Shown here one piece after another: positions 198,003-208,368 of a stretch of 248,000 nucleotides of DNA. Source of the DNA: Hyalangium minutum. Its GTDB lineage: Bacteria > Myxococcota > Myxococcia > Myxococcales > Myxococcaceae. The notes under the pieces were generated by a model. That model did no database searches. It was not told the origin of the DNA and saw nothing but the letters and a program-made list of their open reading frames with translations. The position numbers and the translations under genes were made by a program. The stretch is taken from positions 20,001 through 268,000 of the forward strand of contig NZ_JMCB01000013.1 in assembly GCF_000737315.1 (NCBI RefSeq), given 5' to 3'. The first letter of the stretch is position 1. Each line of letters begins with the position of its first letter.

Positions 198003-199172
198003 ATGTCAGACCCAGCTGGTTTCATGAGGTCACCTGGAACGAGGAAGGTGGCGGACATGGAACCGATGGGGCTCGTCTCACGCGTCGCGGGGGATTTGGA
198101 GCGGCTGATCGCGCAGGACCGGCTGCCGAGGGATGGACGGCTTCCCTCGGAGCGACTGCTCTCGCGGCAGTATGGCGTCTCACGGACGACGGTCCGGGAG
198201 GCGTTGAGTCACTTGGCATCGCGAGGGCTGATCGTGCAGCACCCGGGCCGTAGGAGCCGCGCGGTGGTGCTGGACGAGACCGTGAACCTGGAGACTCTGG
198301 GGGTGGCGCTGCAGGGAGAAGGCCCAGCGCACCCAGAGAGGAGCCGGCTGCTGGAAGGGTTCCTCTCGCTCAAGCGGGAGCTGATGGTGGAGTTGCTGGC
198401 CATCTGCGGCGAGCGCGCTTCCAAGGAGGAACTGGACCTGCTGGCGAATGCCTGTTTGGCGCTGAGGGATGCTGCTCGCTGGGAGGAGAACCGAGGCCAG
198501 TGGGCTGTGTGGGAGTTCGAACTTCTGAGGCGCGCGGCCCGCGTAGCCGATCGTCCTGGGCACGTGCTGCTCATCCATTCATTGGAGAGATCCTTTTGGA
198601 AGATGGCAGGCCGGGTGCTGCCGCATCTTGATTCCGAGGCCATCTGCCGGTGGGCCGAGTGCGCGTTCTACGCTCTGGTGACGAAGGACGTGCAGGCCCT
198701 GCGCAAAGACCTGCTGCCACTGTTGGAGTCTTGCGATGAGCGGCTTTTTGGCAGCCGCGAGAGAGTCGGCAAGAAGGCCGGCTCGTACACAGCGTTGCCT
198801 GCGGAGGTGACCGATTCCGAAGACATCCCCTCCGGAGCCACTCCCTTCGAAGCTTGCACCGTTGAAGCCACTGCTTCCGAGAGTGCTCCTCCCGAACTCA
198901 GGGTTGCCGAGCCTCCTTCTTCTGCGGCTCCCTTGTTCGAGGTCGCCATCGGTGAGGAAGTAACTTCCGACGGCTCCTCCTCCACCTCTGTAGGACCCAT
199001 CTTCTCAGTGGGACTTGGGGCTGAGGAGAACTCGGCGCCCGAGGTCTCCGATAGACAGGGGCTGGCGGGCGCGGTTTGGACGAGGTGGTCTGATTGTCAG
199101 ACCAGTTCGTACGAAACGACGTCGGCAGGCGCTCCTTCGCCCGAGCCAGACAGCGGCTGGCGGTCGGGTTGA
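198003..199172 (+). CDS. GntR/FadR regulator with long acidic tail
   Basis: LPSER.L...GVSRTTVREAL. Confidence 0.85.
   Translation: MSDPAGFMRSPGTRKVADMEPMGLVSRVAGDLERLIAQDRLPRDGRLPSERLLSRQYGVSRTTVREALSHLASRGLIVQHPGRRSRAVVLDETVNLETLGVALQGEGPAHPERSRLLEGFLSLKRELMVELLAICGERASKEELDLLANACLALRDAARWEENRGQWAVWEFELLRRAARVADRPGHVLLIHSLERSFWKMAGRVLPHLDSEAICRWAECAFYALVTKDVQALRKDLLPLLESCDERLFGSRERVGKKAGSYTALPAEVTDSEDIPSGATPFEACTVEATASESAPPELRVAEPPSSAAPLFEVAIGEEVTSDGSSSTSVGPIFSVGLGAEENSAPEVSDRQGLAGAVWTRWSDCQTSSYETTSAGAPSPEPDSGWRSG
199086..199104. promoter_or_regulatory. FadR/GntR-type operator inside the GntR 3' tail
   Basis: TGGTCTGATTGTCAGACCA. Confidence 0.5.
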
Positions 199173-199354
199173 CCCCACAGAGTCGGCCTCTTCGCCCCGG
199201 TAAGGTGGAGCAACTCAAGTGGGTTCGCTATGAGGCCGCGAGCGTGCTTGCCGGTGGACTCCATGGCGCTCGGGGCTTGGGCCTTCCGGGCATGGCTCTG
199301 CAGGAGAACCCGTTCCTTGGGTTCACGTTCTGGCACTAGGGTAGACTGCGCGTC

Positions 199355-200452
199355 ATGGCCAAGGGCAGGACTCCGAAGCAACGTCGGCCGGGAACGGGCA
199401 CCAAGCGCAAAGCGGACCCGTCACCGCCGAAGAGAACGACCTCCGCCATCGTGACGACGGGCAGGAAGAGGCCCGTGCTTGCACCGACGCGTTCCGAAGC
199501 GCCTGCTCTTGTGCAGGGAATCTCGGAGGCTCGCCAAGATCTATCGAGAGAACTCCCGACGGCGGTCCCTGTGCCCGGGGAGAGCCGTGAGGGGTCCGAG
199601 GCGGTGCTTGCGCGGTTGCGCAGCTTGGAGACGCTGGAGACGGCTTATGAGGCGTGGCTCGCGCTGAAACTGGAGCACAGTGCCGCCCGCCTTCGCTTCA
199701 AGGAGGAGCGTGAGCGCCTGGATCAGCAGGGTTCGTTCCTCGTGGGCGCTGTTCGCGCAGCGGGCGTCGAGCCCAGGCCTGGCAGTGAGCCCGGTTTGCT
199801 TCCTGCTGGCGCTGAGAGCTTCCTTCGTAACGCCGAAGCCAAGCTCGCGCACGCTCGCGAGGAACTGGCTCGCAGGGAGGTGGAGTCGGAGGCCTTCTAT
199901 CAGAAGGGCTTCGATGAGATCCGCACTACGCTCACCGATCGCGTCCAGCGCTACCTTGCCTCGTCTCGCCCCAGCTTGAAGCTGCTCTTGCGCAAGCTGG
200001 GGGTGACGCGCTCCATTTTGCACGTGGCACGGGTTGGCGGTGACGAGAGCGTGCTGCTCTGCTTTCTCTTCACCGGACGCATTCCCACCCGCTACGGCTT
200101 CCTCTTCGATGACTCCACCGAGGACGTCTCGCTGGCCCCCGCGCCCCTTTATCCGGATGAAGGCGTGGACATGCAGGGCACTCGCCCTGATGCCACGGCC
200201 CTGGGGGCGCGGATGGGGGCTCCCGGTGGGGCATTGCCACTCAAGGGGTTCTTGCCCGTCTTCGTCCCTCGCCCCGAGGGTGGAGAGGACTTCTTCCGGC
200301 TGCTCCAACGTGGACCCGTGATGGAGGTCGAGGTCGCCGACGGCGCCACGTTCCGCAATATCCTCTCCCGCGAGGAGTCAGAGCGCTTCGCGGGCCACCT
200401 GCTGCGGCTGAAGCTCGAAGAGAAGATCGAACTTGAGATCGAGGCTGGCTGA
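199355..200452 (+). CDS. Hypothetical protein
   Basis: Long ORF with coiled-coil segment. Confidence 0.65.
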   Translation: MAKGRTPKQRRPGTGTKRKADPSPPKRTTSAIVTTGRKRPVLAPTRSEAPALVQGISEARQDLSRELPTAVPVPGESREGSEAVLARLRSLETLETAYEAWLALKLEHSAARLRFKEERERLDQQGSFLVGAVRAAGVEPRPGSEPGLLPAGAESFLRNAEAKLAHAREELARREVESEAFYQKGFDEIRTTLTDRVQRYLASSRPSLKLLLRKLGVTRSILHVARVGGDESVLLCFLFTGRIPTRYGFLFDDSTEDVSLAPAPLYPDEGVDMQGTRPDATALGARMGAPGGALPLKGFLPVFVPRPEGGEDFFRLLQRGPVMEVEVADGATFRNILSREESERFAGHLLRLKLEEKIELEIEAG

Positions 200453-200579
200453 GGGGTGGTGAGGCAGGCCGCTGCCGCGCCTCGGAGGATCCGCCGATTT
200501 CATCCGAGGATTCACTCTCCTCCCGGAGTCCGTCCGCTCGTACTCATGTCCCATGACACTGGCCTCCGTGAGGCAGAGC

Positions 200580-201521
200580 ATGACGGGACAGGATGTGGAA
200601 ACCGTGGATGTGGTGATTGTCGGAGGCGGACCTGCGGGCCTGAACGCCGCCCTGACGCTGGGCCGCGCCCGGAAGCGGGTGCTGCTCTGCGACGCCGGGC
200701 CTCCTCGGAATGCCGCGGCCGAGCACATTCACGGCTTCGTCACCCGTGACGGAACGCCACCCCGGGAGTTCCGCCAGATCGCCCGTGAGCAGCTGCGGCC
200801 CTACGGCGTCCAGCTTCGCGAGGCACGCGTGGAGGCCGTACAGACGCTCGCCTCCGGCTTTCAGGTGGTTCTTCAGGGCGCAGGTGCCGTGAGTGCCCGT
200901 CGCGTGCTGCTGGCCACAGGCATGGTGGATGTGCTTCCAGACCTGCCGGGGTTCCGGGAGCTCTGGGGCAAGAGCATCTTCCAGTGCCCTTACTGCCACG
201001 GCTGGGAAGTCCAAGGGCAGGCCTTTGGTGTGCTCGCCACCCAGCCGCCGCTTCTGGACTTTGCCCTGTTTCTCACGGGGTGGTCCCCGCACATCACCGT
201101 GTTCACCGAGCAGCGCTTCGAGCTCCCTCCAGAGCAGCGGGAGCGCCTCCTGCGCGCTGGCGTGCAGCTCGAGGAGCGGCGCATCCGCCGGCTGCTCCCA
201201 GGAGCTGAGGACGGAGCGAGGGCTGGGTTGCTCGAAGCGGTGGAGTTGGAGGATGGGACGCGGGTGGCTCGGGAGGTGCTTTTCGCGCCCCCTCCCCAAC
201301 AGCAGTCACGGGTGGTTCAGCAACTCGGGCTCGCGCTGGATGAACTGGGGTGCGTCCGCGTGAACGCTCACTATGAGACCTCCATCCCGGGCATTTATGC
201401 CGCCGGGGATCTGACGACGCGTCTTCAAGGCGCGGTGATCGCCGCCGCCGCCGGGTGTGCGGCCGCCTCCATGCTGAACCATGCCCTCAACCTCGAGAGC
201501 GCTGAGCATGGAAGCCGTTGA
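200580..201521 (+). CDS. NAD(P)/FAD oxidoreductase (TrxB-like)
   Basis: GGGPAG, CPYCHG, YAAGD. Confidence 0.9.
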   Translation: MTGQDVETVDVVIVGGGPAGLNAALTLGRARKRVLLCDAGPPRNAAAEHIHGFVTRDGTPPREFRQIAREQLRPYGVQLREARVEAVQTLASGFQVVLQGAGAVSARRVLLATGMVDVLPDLPGFRELWGKSIFQCPYCHGWEVQGQAFGVLATQPPLLDFALFLTGWSPHITVFTEQRFELPPEQRERLLRAGVQLEERRIRRLLPGAEDGARAGLLEAVELEDGTRVAREVLFAPPPQQQSRVVQQLGLALDELGCVRVNAHYETSIPGIYAAGDLTTRLQGAVIAAAAGCAAASMLNHALNLESAEHGSR

Positions 201522-201552
201522 GGCCCCTCGAGGTTCTGGCTACGAAGGCGCG

Positions 201553-202455
201553 ATGCCCAGTCCCCGTGCACCGCAGCGCCCACGACGCGAGCCCTCTCGC
201601 GAAGACTTCGAATCGCTCCGGGTGCCTCTTTGGGTCAGCCGCTATGAGCACGAGGAGCGTGTTCCCTGCGGCCCCCCTGGCCCTGCCGTTCACACCTATG
201701 CGGTCATCATCCTCGTCACACGAGGCCAGGCGCGAGTTCGTCACGCGGGCGAGCAGGTGCTGCGGGCCGGAGATGTTCACCTCATTCCTCCCGGAGATCC
201801 GCATGGGCCGGCTCATCTCGAGGAGGTCGAGGGATGGGCGCTCGCTTTCCGGCCCGAGGCCCTGTCCCAGGAGGACGCGGGGTGGGGGAGCGAGAGCGCG
201901 GTCCACCTGGGGCCCTTTGTCCGGATCCGCAGCGGGTGCCACCCCGTGCTCCGGCCTTCTCCGGCTCAGCGCGGCCGGCTCTTGCACTGGTTCAAGCTCA
202001 TCCAGGCGGAGCTTGCCCAGGAGGAGCCCGGACGGGACGACGCCCTTCGCGCCCTGCTCCGGCTGGTGCTCGTCGAGCTGTCACGCATCGAGGCGCCCCA
202101 GAGCACTCCCGAGCTCGTGGGCCTCAGCCTGGCCCGACGTGCCCTCACGCATATCGAGGCCCACTGCCTCCAGCCGCTGTCGCTGACGGAGGTGGCGGCC
202201 GCCCTGGGCCGCTCCCCCACGCATGTGGCGGGCGTCGTCCGCCGGGAGACAGGGCGGACCGTCGGCGAGTGGATCCTGGAGTACCGCATGGCCGAGGCCC
202301 GCCGGCGCCTCCGGGGCACCGACGAGCGCGTGGACATCATCGCCGAGCGCGTGGGTTACGCGGATGTGACGCACTTCATCCGCCTCTTCCGGCGCGTCCA
202401 CGGCGTCACGCCTGCCGCCTGGAGGCGCCGGGTGACCAGCGCTTCCGGGGGCTGA
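201553..202455 (+). CDS. AraC family regulator
   Basis: Cupin domain; GYADVTHFIRLFRR. Confidence 0.9.
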   Translation: MPSPRAPQRPRREPSREDFESLRVPLWVSRYEHEERVPCGPPGPAVHTYAVIILVTRGQARVRHAGEQVLRAGDVHLIPPGDPHGPAHLEEVEGWALAFRPEALSQEDAGWGSESAVHLGPFVRIRSGCHPVLRPSPAQRGRLLHWFKLIQAELAQEEPGRDDALRALLRLVLVELSRIEAPQSTPELVGLSLARRALTHIEAHCLQPLSLTEVAAALGRSPTHVAGVVRRETGRTVGEWILEYRMAEARRRLRGTDERVDIIAERVGYADVTHFIRLFRRVHGVTPAAWRRRVTSASGG

Positions 202456-202466
202456 GCCGCGCAGGG

Positions 202467-203330
202467 CTATTGCGTGTGCACCACGCCCACGTCCGCGGTG
202501 CCGGCCAGCAGCGCGCTTCCCAGGAAGAGGTTCTCCGACTGGGGGCCCCCAGTGCGAACCGACTGGAAGATGACCAGGTACGTCTGCTTCGGCAGAGGGA
202601 AGGCACTGCCGGGGATCGTTACGCGCTTCACCTTCCAGTCTACCGGCGCGGCGACGAGCTTGATGAAGTCCAGCGGAGCCTTCGGCACGTTCGTGTAGGT
202701 GGGCTCGCCCTGCTGGCCGCTGTCGCTCACCGGGATCACCGTCACGAAGCCCAGCGTCCGCTCCTGCCCAGAGGCCGGCTCTGCTCGGTCGAACGCCAGC
202801 TCCGTGTTAGCCGCCATCCGCACCACCCCCGCCGCCGGATGCAACGCGGGGATGTTCTCCCGGGCGGGCGCCTCCTTCACCTGGCCGACGAACTTCTCGC
202901 CCCCGCGCTCGGCGATGAATTCATAGGTGGCCCCGTTCTGGTATGTCAGCGTCGCGTCGCTGTTGCTCGAGCGGCTGTACGAGCCAAAGCCGTCGCTGGT
203001 GAGGGACACCTTCTGGGTGCCGTTGGTCTGTATTGTCACCGTGGCACCCGTCAGGCCCTCGGGGGTGGCGTTCGTTCCGTTGCGCGTGCCCATGAAGACC
203101 ACGGCCGCTGTCTGGCCCGGGAGGGTGAAGGAGGACTGGCCTCCGTCCGCCTGCACGCCCCCGTCCAGGCCCGCGACGGCCTCGGGCGAGATGGCCACAT
203201 CCGGTGTGGAGAGCAGGGTGCCCACCATCACCGTCTCGGCGGAGATCTGGTTCGCGGTCTTCTCGAGATCGCACGCCAGGGGTGCAAGGCAGCAGACGGC
203301 TACAGCGGAAAGCAGGAAGAGGCGTTTCAT
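202467..203330 (-). CDS. Hypothetical lipoprotein
   Basis: MKRLFLL...PLAC lipobox. Confidence 0.7.
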   Translation of the reverse strand: MKRLFLLSAVAVCCLAPLACDLEKTANQISAETVMVGTLLSTPDVAISPEAVAGLDGGVQADGGQSSFTLPGQTAAVVFMGTRNGTNATPEGLTGATVTIQTNGTQKVSLTSDGFGSYSRSSNSDATLTYQNGATYEFIAERGGEKFVGQVKEAPARENIPALHPAAGVVRMAANTELAFDRAEPASGQERTLGFVTVIPVSDSGQQGEPTYTNVPKAPLDFIKLVAAPVDWKVKRVTIPGSAFPLPKQTYLVIFQSVRTGGPQSENLFLGSALLAGTADVGVVHTQ

Positions 203331-203421
203331 CTGAATCGAATCCTTCCAAGAAGCCCGGCCCTGCAAGAGAGCATATCAGTCCCCCCCACGACAGGCGCGG
203401 GCGCGGTATCCTTGTGGCCCC

Positions 203422-206031
203422 GTGCAGAGCCGCCCCGTCCAGTCCTCCGGCCGCCGCTTCCTCAAGCGGCTGGGGTTTGCCCTCCTTCAGACCGCCATCT
203501 TCGGCTCCCTGATTGGCGGGCTCGTCTACGTCCGCGTGCCGCGGACGCAGCTGGACTCAGAGGGGGCTCCGCAGACGGTCCTCACCTGGCTGGTGGGTCT
203601 TATCGAGCGCCCCGAGAGCCTCACCTATGACGCCCGCGCGCGAGCCCTTGGGGAGTCCCTCCAGCGGCAGCGCCTCAAGGATGCCCAGCACCCGGAGCGC
203701 GTCGTCGTCGTGACGGTGGACGACGACACCCTGAGCAACGCGCAACAGAGCCAGCACCGGGAGCTCGCCTCCTACCCTTGGCCCCGCGAGGTGATGGGCG
203801 GGATGACGCGCCGGCTGGTAGAGGAGGGCGCTTCCATCGTGTTGATCGACACGCTCTTCCCCGAGTTGAGCCCGCGCGGGTGCTTCACCCAGGATCCTCA
203901 GGCCGAAGGGGGCTCCGAAGAGGCCTCCGATGACGAGCTCTTCCGCAAGGGGCTCAGCCAGGATCCCGGCCGCTCCGTGCTCGCCTTCAGCTGGAGTGTC
204001 CCCCGGGCCAGCCCGCCCTCGTTCCAGCTGTGGCCCTACCGCGCACGCGTGGGCTCGCACCCGGGACAGGCCGACGCCCGCACCCAGGCCCAGCAGGTGC
204101 TCGCCCTGCAGCGGCCCGCCTTCCTCATTCCCTCAGGAGATCGGGTGGAGGTGTGGGCCGGCGTCGAGGATGAGCGCGAAGGCCAGGTGCTCGCCGCCAA
204201 GCTCGGCTCGCCCCCGGCCCCGGCCCTCGTCCGGGAGCGCCGCAGCGCGGATGACGCCTCGCGAATCACTCCGCTGGATCTCTTCGTCTCGCTGGCCGAG
204301 GTGGAGGTAGAGGGGCTCGATCCTTCCCTGTTGCTGAAGGTGCGCACGCTGCGCCACCCCGTGGTGCAACTGCTGGGCTCCCAGAGCCTCCTGGGCTCGG
204401 TGACGGCCTTCCCGGACGCCGATGGCGTCGTCCGGGGCATGCTCCACCTCGTCAATTACGAGCCCCGCGAGGGCGAACACCACATCCTCCCCTCGCAGCC
204501 CCTGGCCGCCGCCATGAAGCTGGCGGGCACCCGGAAGCTCCGCTACGCCGATGGCCGCCTCTCCGTGGGCGACGCCTACTCGTTCCCCATGGACGAGACG
204601 GGCTACAGCCTCACGCGCTGGGAGGCCGGAGACGCGGGCCGCACGGCGGGCGCCTCGGTGTTCCGCACCCTCCGCGCCTGGAACATCCTGCTCAACCTCT
204701 TCGATCTCCGCGAAGGCCGGCCGCCGCGCTCGGCGCATGATCTCGAGCAGCGCGCCGTCGTCCTCACGAACACCTCCACCTATGCCACCGAGTACCGCGC
204801 CACGCCCATTGGCGAGACGACGCCTCGGGGCGCCGTGCTCGCGCAGTCGCTGGAGAACATCCTTCAGTCCGAGGGCATCGTCCGGGCCCCGCCCCGGATG
204901 GACCTGTACCTGACGATGGGCATGGCCTTCTTCGGGGCCACCATCGCCTTCTTCTTCAGCCGCAGCTTCCGCTCCGGCTTCGGTGCCGTCCTCTACTTCT
205001 CCAGCGCGGTGGCCGCGCTCGTGGCCTACTACTTCGTGGCCCGCTACGTCTTCGTGGAGAAGCAGCTGTGGATCGCCGTCGCCGGTCCGCAGTTCGCCAT
205101 GGTGGCCACGTTCCTCCTCACCACCGTGTACACCGTCCGCACGGAGGACGAGATCCGCGACTTCGTCAACCACGCGCTCGGCCGCTACGTGAGCCCCGAG
205201 GTGGCCCGGCTCGTCACGAGAGATCTCTCCCTGCTGGTGCACCCCGAGCGCCGGCCGATGACGATCTTCTTCTGTGACATCGCCGGCTTCACCCGGCTCT
205301 CCGAGCAGATGGAGCCGCTGCGGCTCGTCCAGTTCCTCAACGAGTACCTCACGGAGATGACGCTGGCGGTGCGTGCCTCGGGCGGCCAGGTGGACAAGTA
205401 CATCGGCGACACGGTGATGGCCTTCTGGGGCGCCCCCGTGCGCACCGATCGCCATGCCCACCTGGCCTGTGACGCCTTCCTGAAGATGCACGCCCTGGTG
205501 CAGGAGCGCCAGGAGGCCTGGGTGAAGAAGTACGGCCAGCGCATCCTGTTCCGCGCTGGCATCAACAGCGGCGACGTCGTCGTGGGCGACATGGGCACCG
205601 AGCTCAAGTCCAACTACACCGTGTTCGGCGACGCCGTGGGCCTGGCCTCGTGGCTGGAGGGCTGCAACAAGTTCTACGGCACCGTGGCCCTGGTGGGGGA
205701 GGCGACCGCCCAGCTCGCTCGCGACGCCTACGTCTTCCGGGAGGTGGATCGCGTGCTGGTGAAGAACAAGCCCACGCCCATCCGTCTCCATGAGCTGCTC
205801 GGGCGCCACGGGGAGATCTCTCCGCGCATGCAGGAGCAGCTCGGCCTCTACGAGCAGGCGTTGACCGCCTATCACCAGCGCCGCTTCAACGAGGCGCTCG
205901 AATTGTTCGAGCGCTGCTCCTCGGAGTATCAGGACACCGTCGCAGCCGTGTATGCGGGCCGGTGCCGTCGCTTCCTCGTCAGCGCCCCGGCGGAGGACTG
206001 GGATGGCGTCTACGAAGTCGGGGAGAAGTGA
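203422..206031 (+). CDS. CHASE2 class III adenylate/guanylate cyclase
   Basis: FCDIAGFT, DKYIGD, YTVFGDAV. Confidence 0.9.
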   Translation: MQSRPVQSSGRRFLKRLGFALLQTAIFGSLIGGLVYVRVPRTQLDSEGAPQTVLTWLVGLIERPESLTYDARARALGESLQRQRLKDAQHPERVVVVTVDDDTLSNAQQSQHRELASYPWPREVMGGMTRRLVEEGASIVLIDTLFPELSPRGCFTQDPQAEGGSEEASDDELFRKGLSQDPGRSVLAFSWSVPRASPPSFQLWPYRARVGSHPGQADARTQAQQVLALQRPAFLIPSGDRVEVWAGVEDEREGQVLAAKLGSPPAPALVRERRSADDASRITPLDLFVSLAEVEVEGLDPSLLLKVRTLRHPVVQLLGSQSLLGSVTAFPDADGVVRGMLHLVNYEPREGEHHILPSQPLAAAMKLAGTRKLRYADGRLSVGDAYSFPMDETGYSLTRWEAGDAGRTAGASVFRTLRAWNILLNLFDLREGRPPRSAHDLEQRAVVLTNTSTYATEYRATPIGETTPRGAVLAQSLENILQSEGIVRAPPRMDLYLTMGMAFFGATIAFFFSRSFRSGFGAVLYFSSAVAALVAYYFVARYVFVEKQLWIAVAGPQFAMVATFLLTTVYTVRTEDEIRDFVNHALGRYVSPEVARLVTRDLSLLVHPERRPMTIFFCDIAGFTRLSEQMEPLRLVQFLNEYLTEMTLAVRASGGQVDKYIGDTVMAFWGAPVRTDRHAHLACDAFLKMHALVQERQEAWVKKYGQRILFRAGINSGDVVVGDMGTELKSNYTVFGDAVGLASWLEGCNKFYGTVALVGEATAQLARDAYVFREVDRVLVKNKPTPIRLHELLGRHGEISPRMQEQLGLYEQALTAYHQRRFNEALELFERCSSEYQDTVAAVYAGRCRRFLVSAPAEDWDGVYEVGEK

Positions 206032-207121
206032 CGCCGTGGGCCGCTCTCGGCGCAGGGGTGCGTCCTGGGTGCTCGGAGGGGTGCTCGCGGGGGCTCTCTC
206101 GGCGTGCCAGGCGGGGAACACGCCTGCGCTGCTCGCCCGGGCCGAGCAGAGCCTCGAGGAAAGCCGGGGCCAGCTGAGCCGCGAGCTGGATCAGCGCAAG
206201 GGGGTGGGCCTCATGGGGGCCTCGCTCACCGGGTGCTCCCTGGAGCGCCGCAAGGCCTACGAGCTGGACGCCGAGCAGGAGGCCACCTTGGGCCAGGCCG
206301 TCGCCGCGCGTCAGCTTGCGCTGCTGGGCGTCGAGCCGCTGCCCACCACGGAGCCGGTGGCGCGTTACGTGGATCAGCTCGGGCAGTACCTCGCGCTCGT
206401 GGCCGCAGCGGTAGGCAACGCCAACGGCCCGGATCGCGCCAGCGGACCCGAGCGGGCCCTCGACAACCGCCCCTGGCCTCACGCGGGCTACCAGTTCCAG
206501 GTGCTGCCGCTGGAAGAGCCGCGGGCCTCGGGATCTCCCGGGGGCATCGTCTTCATTTCCACGGGCTTCCTGCGCGCGATGGGCAGCGAGGAGGAACTGG
206601 CTGCGGTGCTGTCCCATGAGCTGGCCCACCTGCAGCGCGGGCACGGCGTAGAAGCCATCAAGGCTGCCCTGTGTGACTACGAAGCGCGCCAGGAGTCCTC
206701 GGCCAAGCTTCAGTCCTTCAATCAGCGTCTCAAGCTGCAGCGCCAGACGGCCGCTGCAGGCTCTCGGACGGCGGAGGAGGCGGCGAACCTCTCCCGCGAG
206801 GGCTTCCCCGAGGGGCTCGAGTTGGAGGCGGACCGTATTGCCGTGCGCATTCTGCTGGCCGCGGGGTACGACGCCCGAGCCTTCACCGGGCTGCTCCAGC
206901 GTCTCAACCTGGAGGCCCCCGCCAAGCACCCCTGGCGCCGCACGCACCCGCAGCCTCGGGAGCGGGTGGCGGTGGTGGAGGAGCGGCTGAAGGCGCTCGG
207001 GCCTTCGCAGGCCTGGCCCACACCCGAGACGGTGGCTTCACGAACCCAGCGCTTCCACGAGGCCATGAGCGTACTGCCCACCCCGGTGGCAGGACCGCAA
207101 TCCCTCCTCCCGCCCCCGTAG
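205952..207121 (+). CDS. M48 metallopeptidase lipoprotein
   Basis: HELAH, ELEAD, THP. Confidence 0.85.
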   Translation: MRAGAVASSSAPRRRTGMASTKSGRSDAVGRSRRRGASWVLGGVLAGALSACQAGNTPALLARAEQSLEESRGQLSRELDQRKGVGLMGASLTGCSLERRKAYELDAEQEATLGQAVAARQLALLGVEPLPTTEPVARYVDQLGQYLALVAAAVGNANGPDRASGPERALDNRPWPHAGYQFQVLPLEEPRASGSPGGIVFISTGFLRAMGSEEELAAVLSHELAHLQRGHGVEAIKAALCDYEARQESSAKLQSFNQRLKLQRQTAAAGSRTAEEAANLSREGFPEGLELEADRIAVRILLAAGYDARAFTGLLQRLNLEAPAKHPWRRTHPQPRERVAVVEERLKALGPSQAWPTPETVASRTQRFHEAMSVLPTPVAGPQSLLPPP

Positions 207122-207132
207122 GCGCGAGCGGT

Positions 207133-207489
207133 CTACGGATCCTCGTCCGGGTTGCCGAAGAGCTCGCGGATGGGCTTGTCCTCGGCAATGTGCTCGGTCA
207201 CCACCCGGCGCATCTTCTCGGGCGTCATCCGCGAGTAATAAACCTCCCCAGGCCAGCCCATGAGCTGGAAGTCCTCGGGAGAGAGCGGATCCCGCTTGCG
207301 CCCGGTGTCCTCGCGGATCACCACGTTGGGGCCCATGTGGCAGAAGCCGTAGCAGCCGCCCCGGTACGCCTCGCAGCGCGGAACGAGGGCTCGCTGGGCG
207401 AGTTCCTCCTTGGCCGCGGCGAACACGGCATCGGACCCGTTGCCCTTGCAGTCCATGCCTTTGCACACGGAGAGGCGGTAGCGCTTCAT
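207133..207489 (-). CDS. Thioredoxin-like [2Fe-2S] ferredoxin
   Basis: C....C, CYGFC..GP. Confidence 0.85.
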   Translation of the reverse strand: MKRYRLSVCKGMDCKGNGSDAVFAAAKEELAQRALVPRCEAYRGGCYGFCHMGPNVVIREDTGRKRDPLSPEDFQLMGWPGEVYYSRMTPEKMRRVVTEHIAEDKPIRELFGNPDEDP

Positions 207490-207622
207490 CGGGTTCACCC
207501 TACGGGAGTTGCCAGAGACGGGGAAGAGGCGGCCAGGCGAGCGGCCCCCTGAAACGGCACCGGCCCGCGTCCGCTTCCTCGGCAGAGGGAGCAGGGCGGG
207601 CCGGAGCACCCAGCGCGTGGGG

Positions 207623-208342
207623 TTACTTGTGCTTCGGAGCCGTGCCCGCGTGCAGCTGCTTGGGCTCGTGGCCCTTGCCCACGGCGTGCGGCGTCTTGAG
207701 CTGCACCAGGCCCTCGCCAATGCGCGTGTGGGCCTCCTTGTGCACGTGGTGCGGCTCCTCGGAGCCCTCGCGCTTGTTCCACGGATCCGACGGGTGCGAC
207801 ACCGCCGGGCCCTTCAGCAGCTTGGGGATGTCGTACACGAAGCCCTGGCGGTTGTACTCGGGCTTGGTGTGCTCGTAGGTGTCCATGCGGATGGCGTCCT
207901 TGGGGCACGCCTCCACGCACAGGCCGCAGACGATGCAGCGCAGCTCGTCGATGACGAACTGAGTGGGGTACTTCTCGATGACGCGAGACTCACCCTCCTT
208001 GTCCGCGTGCTCGTACTCACCCGCCTCGATGTAGATGCACTGCGCCGGGCAGATGGTGGCGCACATGTAGCAAGCCACGCAGCGCGGCTTGCCATCATCC
208101 CGAGGAACCAGGCGGTGCAGCCCGCGGTAGCCGGGAGGGTAGGGGATCTTCTCTTCCGGGTACTCGACGGTGGTGATGAGGCTGGTGCCCTTGCGGTCCA
208201 CCACCGAGGTGTTCGTGTCGCGCGTTCCGAAGAGGTTCCGGAAGAAGTGGCGCGCGGTGATGCCCAGCCCCTTGAGGAGCTCCGGGAGATAGGCCCGCTC
208301 GCGGACATCCGTGCGGGGATCTTGGGTCGCCTTGTAGCCCAT
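207623..208342 (-). CDS. nuoI: NADH dehydrogenase subunit I
   Basis: CVACYMC...CP, CIVCGLC...CP. Confidence 0.95.
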   Translation of the reverse strand: MGYKATQDPRTDVRERAYLPELLKGLGITARHFFRNLFGTRDTNTSVVDRKGTSLITTVEYPEEKIPYPPGYRGLHRLVPRDDGKPRCVACYMCATICPAQCIYIEAGEYEHADKEGESRVIEKYPTQFVIDELRCIVCGLCVEACPKDAIRMDTYEHTKPEYNRQGFVYDIPKLLKGPAVSHPSDPWNKREGSEEPHHVHKEAHTRIGEGLVQLKTPHAVGKGHEPKQLHAGTAPKHK

Positions 208343-208368
208343 GACAGTCCTTGTCTTTCCTCGGAAGC

